DNA of 64,000 nt from Octopus sinensis. Taxonomy: Eukaryota. A program made the position numbers and the translations under genes. The stretch spans positions 124,434,001 to 124,498,000 of the forward strand of contig NC_043001.1 of NCBI RefSeq assembly GCF_006345805.1, read 5' to 3'. Of the stretch, positions 54,459-64,000 are shown piece by piece (the stretch's first letter is position 1; each line of letters opens with the position of its first letter). The notes under the pieces are model-generated. The model had not been told where the DNA came from. It worked only from the letters and a program-made list of their open reading frames with translations, and searched no databases.

Positions 54459-54772
54459 TCTCTTATTCTTTTATTTATTAATATTCTATTCAGTTACTTG
54501 TTTCAGTAATTTGACTGCGGTCATGCTTGAGCACCATACATATATATATATTATATGCATGTATAAATATATATATTACACATATACATAACTAATATAT
54601 ATATATATATATAAAATATGTCTAATGTGTGAGTGAGTATGTGTGTGTGTGTGTGTAAAGTAATTGGAAACCAAGGTAGGTATGAGGATATTACGGAAGA
54701 CAATGATATTAAATTGAAAGAAAAAAAAATCTCCGTTGATTTGACATACGCGTTTACAACTAAATAAATGAA

Positions 54773-54807
<35 letters not shown>

Positions 54808-55165
54808 GCGATTCAATAAAACCTTCATCACATCTAAGGATAGTCGGTCTCGGAGCAAACAGGGAAACGATACATGACAGGGTCAAATGTTTCTCGCTAA
54901 CCTAAACTGAACGTTAGCTGTCCTTTCACTACGGCCTGTACGAGCTGAACAAACTTTGTCCTCCATCTTCTTTGGTAAGCTTAAAGACGAACGACCTTGT
55001 CACGTTCAAAAAACTGGTGACCTCTCAGCTTTTATCGTTGTTGGTTTGAGTGTACAGAATGGTAGGCTTTTCTTATTTCTTGTGTCACATTCATGTTTTT
55101 CTAGTTGATGCTGTCGATACCTTTGAAAGAAAATCTATGCTCAACATACTTGGCGTTTGATATAT

Positions 55166-55390
55166 GAGCTGGCAGAATCGTTAGCATGCCGGGCGAAATG
55201 CGTAGCCGTATTTCGTCTGCCGTTACGTTCTGAGTTCAAATTCCGCCGAGGTCGACTTTGCCTTTCATCCTTTCGGGGTCGATAAATTAAGTACCAGTTA
55301 CGCACTGGGGTCGATGTAATCGACTTAATCCCTTTGTCTGTCCTTGTTTGTCCCCTCTATGTTTAGCCCCTTGTGGGCAGTAAAGAAATA
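55166..55390 (+). mobile_element. tRNA-derived SINE family A (MetaSINE-like centre), full length
   Basis: A-box TGGCAGAATCG, B-box GAGTTCAAATTC, centre GTCGACTTTGCCTTTCATCCTTTCGGGGTCGATAAA; more than 12 copies in the window. Confidence 0.87.
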
Positions 55391-55845
55391 TATATATAAT
55401 ATTTGCATTACAATTACATCGTTTCCCAATGATGTCCCGTTAAATCTGTGTTCACATTTCCACATGCACGAATTAGAGCCACTTGGAACATGCGCATACA
55501 AATACACACGTGCGCGCGTACACACATGCACGCACACAAACATGTAGGAATGCGTACCAACTCAACTACATATGGTCACAAAGCCGTGCACTCCATATAT
55601 AAATTCATGTATATATATACAGATTTTTATGATTGTTAAAAGAGCTTATTATGATTGCTTTGCAACCTAGATATTCTTTTACATTTTTATACCACTGACT
55701 TCTCTAGTATCTAACTCAGTGCCAATTACATAACGTGTATATAAACATACACGCACGCACACACACACACACATATATTGTATATAATGTATATTATATA
55801 TATATATTGTATATATATATATAATATATATATATATTATATATA

Positions 55846-55885
<40 letters not shown>

Positions 55886-55888
<3 letters not shown>

Positions 55889-58230
55889 CTAAGCAATAAG
55901 GGTTTAGCAACGAGTTGCCTACCACATACCGAATTTAGAAATAGCAGTCAAAGGTTTATAGCTATTTCTTCTACTAAAAAGGGAGATCTCAGTAAAAACA
56001 GCATTTGGAAGGCAGACACAAACAGGTAGAGAGAATGAATTGACTGCAATCTATCATACATTTTTTTAGTTATCCACGGACGTACTACTTTCGAAATCAA
56101 GTTTTAAGGAAAGCATAAGAATTAAATATTAAATATTAAATAATTCTATCTTACCGAAACTTCTTTTCTCTTCAGCGTAGAATACTATATCATAAATGAT
56201 TATATATTGAATTTTGAGATACCAGAAGGCACCACTCAACTCAGTATCAGAGCGGCTAGAATCCGCAACTGGTATCACATCACCGATTCAATTTGTGAAT
56301 GAAACGATTGTGTCAACAGCCCCTTCCCACCCGCGTGTAGCCAAAACAAGATGTGGTCATCTACTGAGATAATATGGTTATCCGTAATAATGAAGGGTGA
56401 AATTAATTAATTTGGAAAAATTATCAATTACACCAAGTAGTCTTCGGCATGTAAAAGCCTCATTCGAGGAAAATTTAAGTAATACTAAGCAATAAGGTTT
56501 AGCAACGAGTTGCCTTACCACATACCGAATTTAGAAATAGCAGTCAAAGGGTTATAGCTATTTCTTCTACTAAAAAGGGAGATCTCAGTAAAAACAGCAT
56601 TTGGAAGGCAGACACAAACAGGTAAGAGAGAATGAATTGACTGCAATCTATCATACATTTTTTTAGTTATCCACGGACGTACGTTTCGAAATCAAGTTTT
56701 AAGGAAAGCATAAGAATTAATATTAAATATTAAATAATTCTATCTTACCGAAACTTTTTTCTTCTCTTCAGCGTAGAATACTATAATCATAAATGATTAT
56801 ATATTGAATTTTGAGATACCAGAAGGCACCAACTCAACTCAGTATCAGAGCGAGCTAGAATCCGCAACTGGTATCACCGATTCAATTTGTGAATGAAACG
56901 ATTGTGTCAACAGCCCCTTCCCCCCGCGTGTAGCCAAAACAAGATTCTGTGGTCATCTACTGAGATAAAATATGGTTATCCGTAAAATGAAGGGTGAAAT
57001 TAATTAATTTGGAAAAATTATCAATTACACCAAGTAGTCTTCGGCATGTAAAAGCCTCATTCGAGGAAAATTTAAGTAATACTAAGCCATAAGGGTTTAG
57101 CAACGAGTTGCCTTACCACATACCGAATTTAGAATAGCAGTCAAAGGGTTATAGCTATTTCTTCTTCTAAAAGGGGAGATCTCAGTAAAAACAGCATTTG
57201 GAAGGCAGACACAAACAGGTAAGAGAGAATGAATTGACTGCAATCTATCATACATTTTTTTAGTTATCCACGGACGTACGTTTCGAAATCAAGTTTTAAG
57301 GAAAGCATAAGAATTAAATATTAAATATTAATAATTCTATCTTACCGAAACTTCTTTTCTCTTCAGCGTAGAATACTATAATCATAAATGATTATATATT
57401 GAATTTTGAGATACCAGAAGGCACACCAACTCAACTCAGTATCAGAGCGAGCTAGAATCCGCAACTGGTATCACCGAATTCAATTTGTGAATGAAACGAT
57501 TGTGTCAACAGCCCCTTCCCCCGCGTGTAGCCAAAACAAGATGCTGTTCATCTACTGAGATAAAATATGGTTATCCGTAATAATGAAGGGTGAAATTAAT
57601 TAATTTGGAAAAATTATCAATTACACCAAGTAGTCTTCGGCATGTAAAAGCCTCATTCGAGGAAAATTTAAGTAATACTAAGCAATAAGGGTTTAGCAAC
57701 GAGTTGCCTTACCACATACCGAATTTAGAAATAGCAGTCAAAGGGTTATAGCTATTTCTTCTACTAAAAAGGGAGATCTCAGTAAAAACAGCATTTGGAA
57801 GGCAGACACAAACAGGTAAGAGAGAATGAATTGACTGCAATCTATCATAATTTTTTTAGTTATCCACGGACGTACGTTTCGAAATCAAGTTTTAAGGAAA
57901 GCATAAGAATTAATATTAAATATTAAATATTCTATCTTCCGAAACTTCTTTTCTCTTCAGCGTAGAATACTATAATCATAAATGATTATATATTGAATTT
58001 TGAGATACCAGAAGGCACCAACTCACTCAGTATCAGAGCGAGCTAGAATCCGCAACTGGTATCACCGAATTCAATTTGTGAATGAACGATTGTGTCAACA
58101 AGCCCCTTCCCACCCGCGTGTAGCCAAAACAAGATGCTGTGGTCATCTACTGAGATAAAATATGGTTATCCGTAATAATGAAGGGTGAAATTAATTAATT
58201 TGGAAAAATTATCATTACACCAAGTAGTCT
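55886..58230 (-). mobile_element. Array 2 of the 600-bp hammerhead repeat (~3.9 head-to-tail units)
   Basis: Unit starts at 56372, 56970, 57565, 58160; minus-strand hammerheads at ~56067-56187 (stem III altered), 56664-56783, 57261-57378, 57857-57972; begins in (TA)n. Confidence 0.92.
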
Positions 58231-58231
58231 C

Positions 58232-59222
58232 ATATATATTCAACAACAATTGAGGAATGGCCTTAATAGGCTATTCGATCCACTAGAAAAGGCAGCCAGG
58301 ACTCAAACCGCCAAGTAGTAGTAATTCAGAAATTAGAGAAAATTTTAAAACATTTACCCTAAATCATCTTAGACAATGCATTGTTTCGGTGTTTTAATGG
58401 AAACCAGCTTAATTAATTAAATTAAGTCAATCCACCAAAGGCTACACCTCGTCGGATAAGAGGCCAAGAGAGATGGATATACACGAGGCATCTGTATCTA
58501 TGCCCTAAAATTTTCAAAACTATCGTACTCGCGCCAACTTATCAGCAGTAAATATAAACTGCTGATTCAATTTCAGAATTAGTCAGAAAATCATCAATTA
58601 ATCATATAGGGTAGCAAAAAATCAATAAATTTATCGCCACCAGCGGTCTAGTGAGAAAGAGAAAATAGTCATAGACTATATATATAAATTCAGCAACAAT
58701 TGAGGAATGGACTTAATAGGCCTTTCGACCCACTAGAAAGAGCAGCCAGGACTCAAACCGCCAAGTAGTAGTAATTCAGAAATTAGAGAAAATTTTAAAT
58801 CATTTACCCTAAATCATCTTTAGACAATGCATTGTTTCGGTGTTTTTAATGGCAAACCAGCTTAATTAAATTAAATTAAGTCAATCCACCAAAGGCTACA
58901 CCTCGTCGGTAAAGAGGTGTAGCCGTTGGTGGATTGACTTAATTTAATTTAATTAAGCTGGTTTGCCATTAAAAACACCGAAACAATGCATTGTCTAAAG
59001 ATGATTTAGGGTAAATGTTTTAAAATTTTCTCTAATTTCTGAATTACTACTATTTGGCGGTTTGAGTCCTGGCTGCTCTTTCTAGTGGGTCGAATGGCCT
59101 ATTAAGGTCATTCCTCAATTGTTGTTGAATTTATATATATAGTCTTTGACTATTTTCTCTTTCTCACTAGACCGCTGGGGGCGATAAATTTCTATTGAAT
59201 TTTTTGCTACCCTATATTGATT
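58232..59222. mobile_element. Second hammerhead-bearing repeat family (~450-bp unit): 1.5 tandem units plus a ~310-bp inversion
   Basis: 58232-58460 repeated from ~58681; 58914-59222 is the reverse complement of ~58597-58903; ends in TA/TG repeats. Confidence 0.88.
58817..58915 (-). ncRNA. Type I hammerhead with variant core CCGACGA (second copy at 58367-58461)
   Basis: UCUUUA-CCGACGA-GGUGU...ACACC-GAAA-CAAUGCAUUG-UC-UAAAGA; perfect 6-bp stem I, 5-bp stem II base, palindromic stem III. Confidence 0.75.
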
Positions 59223-59223
59223 A

Positions 59224-59269
<46 letters not shown>

Positions 59270-59274
59270 TACCT

Positions 59275-59565
59275 GGAGGCGCAATGGCCCAGTGGTTAGG
59301 GCAGCGGACTCGCGGTCGTAGGATCGCGGTTTCGATTCCCAGACCTGGCGTTGTGAGTGTTTATTGAGCGAAAACACCTAAAAGCTCCACGACGCTCCGG
59401 CAGGGGGTGGTGATCCTTGCTGTACTCTTTCACCACTCTTTCTGTTGGCCTGCTCGCTTAGGCAGCGGGATGGCGTCATTCAAAGGCTAAAACAATGCGA
59501 ACGCATTGTGACCAGCGATGTGTAACAGCATCTGATTGTCTGGTCGGTCACGTGATCACGTGATA
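59275..59565 (+). mobile_element. SINE family C with a third tail type
   Basis: Head nearly identical to 1821; tail ends CACGTGATCACGTGAT. Confidence 0.87.
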
Positions 59566-60733
59566 TGCAATGCACTTATATACAATTTCAATCCAACCAT
59601 TGGTAAATATTTTTTTAATGTAGCATCACTTCTTCATTTTAGCCATCATTCTCCATAATGAAATTTTGTAGCATTGAGTGCACAGAAAGCTGCTGTGTGT
59701 GTGTGAGAGAGAGTGTGTGTGTGTGTGTTTATGAGCGTCTCTGCGTGCATGTGCGTGTGTAACAACCTGTGTCTGTGTGTGCGTGCGTGCCTGAATTATT
59801 TGAAAATTACAACAATTATGATTATCCTCCTCTTAAATTGCTTTATAGTTATAGAAGAGAATTCTCGCAAGATCACTATGAGACGGGCATGGAGAAGGAA
59901 ACAAGTGCTACTACGAAATTATGATATTAGCCGAAAGCTGATATCATCATTTCGCAGAGTTTAAAATATTGATGTCAGTATCGTTTGTGGCAAATTTAAA
60001 GATTGTTCTTTAATCATAGCTGCGTCTTCATAGCTATAGAACGGAACATAAAGAGAAAAACTTTTATATTCTGGGATAAGTCGAAATTAATATTTATGAA
60101 GTAGAGAAGAAAAAAAGAAGAAATGCGAAGAAAATCTCCCCAACAACATTACACAAAACTACACTGCAATCATACCTATATTAATGCTTTCTTCCCATAG
60201 GCATAAGGATTGTAATTTAAAAGGGGTGTGGACTGAATGATTGCCAGTGATCGATGGTAATTATTTCATCGACCCCCGCAAAGATGAAAAGCAAAGCCGA
60301 CCGTGGTGAGATTTGAACTCAGGACGTAATAACGGAGAAAATGCTCACTAAGAATAATTCTCTGGTGTACCAACGATTTTGCCAGCTCACCGCCTTCCTA
60401 TATCCATGATTATATAATTCATACAGTAGAAATTATGGCACTGAATAGGAATGACAAATTTGAATATTCACCGAAACTCATATATATAATATATATATAT
60501 ATATAAGGATAATATCGTTACTTAAAATACCGATTTTATCAGGTGGCCAGCATGGGAATAAAAACCTCAAATGTAATAATTATTATTAAAATTATAATTA
60601 CGGGTATCTAAGAGTTACCACCATGCTAGAATTACTAGCCAAAACTTGACTCTAAAACCACATTAAATGTTCATACAGCATCAGGAGAGAAGAAAAAGAG
60701 ACAAAATAAACTAGCAAAAAATATTACTGGATA

Positions 60734-60792
60734 ATTCCAGATCCCGGATTTCTGGCTCTGCATAAGAAATGCTTTGCCTTCATCAGTGGAAT
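60734..60792 (-). ncRNA. Type I hammerhead in a (TA)n-flanked element (~60505-60815)
   Basis: AUUCCA-CUGAUGA-A-GGC...GCC-A-GAAA-UCCGGG-AUC-UGGAAU; 6-bp stem I. Confidence 0.72.
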
Positions 60793-61684
60793 ATACGCAG
60801 ATAGTACATAAATACAAAAATATATATATAGAATATATATATATATATATTATATATATATATATAGGCTACCCAACTATAATATTAACTGCTCTACATC
60901 TTACAGTGTGCTTCTCCACCGGATTGATGTATTTCTACAAACGATCCATATATATATATATCACTCAAACACTATAGATTATTTCTTTTCTAATCCAACG
61001 CAGATTAATTCGTTTTGCTGAAAAGAGACTAACTTCCATCATAAAATCATACTAGTGTTGTTATTAACTAGATGTTAAATGATAAGAATAAAAAAACTTG
61101 TGGAGTCATTTATTTCAACAACGTCGATTTTTCATTCTACATGTCGAAATTGCTTTTCACTAGAATTTGTCAAAGTATACGATGTTATAGATGACAACGA
61201 AGAAAGAATATAAATTGAAAGAAAACTTTGCTTATAAAAATTATGTTTGACTTAAAAGAGTATAGTCTTCCAGGCCGTTATATGCCTGATCGGAATCGTT
61301 CGACAGCGTGGTGATGTATGTCCCTATCAGTTTGTACTTCTTGCTTGATATATTGAAAAATAAACTCACTTAACCTCCAGATAATACGCTACTACACATT
61401 ACAAAATTATATATATATATAATGTCTGTATGAGTTAGAGGTTAAGAAACCATCTAAGGATATATCTCCTGAGAGTGACTTTATTTACTTACTACAGGAT
61501 GGAATACCATGCATTACAATAATGCCTTAAAACGAAGTTCTTACTTTACCTTAACGTGTCTATTACATTGCATTACATTACATGATGCTTTATTTTTTTA
61601 CTTTTTTTTACTCTACCTTATCTTTTTTACCTTACTCTATGATTCTAACAGAATTTCCCACATGTTAATTTCCTAACAGTTGTA

Positions 61685-61816
61685 CTCTCTGAAGAAGCTT
61701 TGAGACTCAACCATTATTCAATCTCTGTCCGATGTTTGTTCATTTCTGTATATCACTGATGTGATGAGGATGACTTGGAAGATTCCGAGGCCTCATGGTA
61801 GAAACGGCCGTAAGGG
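61685..61816 (+). ncRNA. Type I hammerhead with a ~105-nt stem II region, in a (TA)n-flanked element (~61421-61858)
   Basis: CUCU-CUGAAGA-(long)-GAAA-CGGCCG-UA-AGGG; palindromic stem III ACGGCCGU. Confidence 0.62.
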
Positions 61817-62036
61817 ATTTGTATCTGTACATTCATCTATTATTATTCATTCATTCATCTATATATATATATATATTAATAATAAAATATTAGGGAATAA
61901 ATCCAAAATTACAGGGAAAAATCAGATTAGGATTGAATCCAATTTTATAGTAAAATATATTATATCAAATTAGAGATAAAACCACTATTAGGCAAATCAA
62001 ACAATGAAAAACTTAAGCCAATACATACATATATAT

Positions 62037-62090
<54 letters not shown>

Positions 62091-62439
62091 ATGGTATCTG
62101 TTTTACGTATTTATTGACTGATCTCATTCGTTTACTTGTACCACTCAAACACATGTTTGTAATCATTTAATAAATAGATATTGGAATATTTACTGGCTAA
62201 TGCTTGTCGATTTTATATCCTCTCCATTTTCATATTTGCCTCGTACATATATATATATGAAATAAATCACAAACATATTTTAACGAATCTAAAGTTCGCC
62301 TACGCGTAAACACCACTTGGGGCTGATTCTGTTGAATTTCTTCCGTCCTAGCGGTCTAATAGCGCAACTCTGTCAATGTTGACTGTTTTAGTAAAAGCCA
62401 CGACTGTAAAATCTGAGCAGAGTTACACCTCTTCGATAT

Positions 62440-62482
62440 TTCCGACTGATAACGGGTAAACAGTTAGAAATGCGTCTGGGAA
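62440..62482 (+). ncRNA. Degenerate minimal type I hammerhead
   Basis: UUCCGA-CUGAUAA-...-GAAA-UGCG-UC-UGGGAA; G8A change and a stem I mismatch. Confidence 0.45.
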
Positions 62483-62733
62483 TCTGATAGGGGGCGGCAC
62501 TGTGCAGATATGGTGATTTTGCACGTGTTTATCATAAGAGAGAAGGTAATTCTCCACGGTAACTGCAGGGAATTTGCCTTTAGAAGTTGAAATATGTCAC
62601 AAACGTATCATAACAATTTTAAAGTTCGCTAATGCCTAAACACTGCAGAATATATATATATATATATCTATAATTATAATATATATATAATATATATGTT
62701 TGGGTGTGTGTGTGTTGTGTGTGGTGTGTGTCG

Positions 62734-62764
<31 letters not shown>

Positions 62765-62869
62765 TGTTGTGTGTGTGTGTGTGTCTGTGTCTCTGGGTGT
62801 GTGTAATATATATATACACACACAGAGGGAGAGAGAGGATATATATATATAATGTATATATATATATAA

Positions 62870-63002
62870 GATTTTGCCTTTCATCCTTTCGGGGTCGATA
62901 ATTAAGTACCAGATACGCACTGGAGTCGATGTAATCGACTTAATTCGTTTGTCTGTCCTTGTTTCTCCCTTCTATGTTTAGCCCCTTGTGGGCAACAAAG
63001 AA

Positions 63003-63004
<2 letters not shown>
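62870..63004 (+). mobile_element. 5'-truncated SINE family A
   Basis: Core and tail match 55166-55390. Confidence 0.82.
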
Positions 63005-63047
<43 letters not shown>

Positions 63048-63115
63048 GAGAGAGAGGGAGAGAGAGACAGAGACAGAGACAGACAGAGACATAGATAGAG
63101 ACAGACAGAGATAGG

Positions 63116-63184
<69 letters not shown>

Positions 63185-63705
63185 GGGACATTATCTCACG
63201 CACTGTATAACAGAACCAATTATTTGACATTTATGGGGGCAGTATTATTTACCAACTTCTGATCACCCCATTTGACTTATCTAGGGGTAGGTCACTAGAG
63301 GTAGGTCACTGGGGTTAGTGACATTTATGGATTCACCAAGCACGTCAGCAAATTATGTGAAAACTATAAGACCAGGAATCAAACTTCCATTACGGCGAAC
63401 ACCAATTATATATATGCTACCTATACACTCACATACAGTTAAACACTCGCGCATAAGCACACATCTCATGTAGATCACACAGGCACTGCACGCATACAGC
63501 ATACGCAAGACAATTAAATAACACACGTACACACATAGACACACGTAGACACTCGCATAGACGTACACAGACACAGATAATAAGCACATACGACACACAC
63601 TGACAGAACTCAAACATACAACATATACACATACGCACAAATGCGCACAACACGCAAGCACTAACGTCACAAAATACACCCAAAGATAGGCACACACACA
63701 CCCAG

Positions 63706-63744
<39 letters not shown>

Positions 63745-64000
63745 AACAAACACACTCACTCACATAACTGCGTTTATATGTGGTTGAGTGTACTTACGTG
63801 TGTTTGTGTCAGATTTTATTGCCGTCTGGTTTCCTAAGACGAAAAACAGTTTCCAACTATGACCATCACGATTTTTTATAGAAACATTCTCTGCATAACA
63901 ACATCAGCCCGTGTACACTTTCTTATGTTTACAGACGGGTGGATGCGATACAGGGTAGATTTGGCCGTAATTCAAGCAAGTCGAACGACAACCTAGGCAC

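Noticed and set aside
63286-63310. Two GTAGGTCACT nuclear-receptor half-site-like motifs
   Set aside because: A short duplication expected by chance, with no promoter context

Overview
AT-rich, repeat-dense animal genomic DNA. The tRNA-derived SINE families and dense (TA)n/(TATG)n/(TAA)n/(GATA)n microsatellites point to an octopus or other cephalopod (inferred, not database-checked). I found no intact host gene; most listed ORFs are microsatellite artefacts. The window holds remnants of hAT (Buster-like) and Tc1/mariner transposons, non-autonomous Helitrons, CR1/L2-like, RTE, L1/Tx1-like and R4/Dong-like LINEs, a Penelope-like GIY-YIG remnant and three SINE families. The main signal is a set of non-coding repeats inserted in (TA)n tracts that carry type I hammerhead ribozyme motifs with palindromic stem III and often very long stem II. 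The best example is a 600-bp unit in two tandem arrays (5831-8259, 55886-58230) with 8 hammerheads, 7 with an intact core. Each array has its own fixed SNP, as expected for a retrozyme-like circular RNA copied by rolling-circle reverse transcription and mobilised by Penelope-like elements. At least five other hammerhead-bearing families, one with a U4C core variant, occur in the same window. All ribozyme calls were folded by eye and none has been tested for activity.
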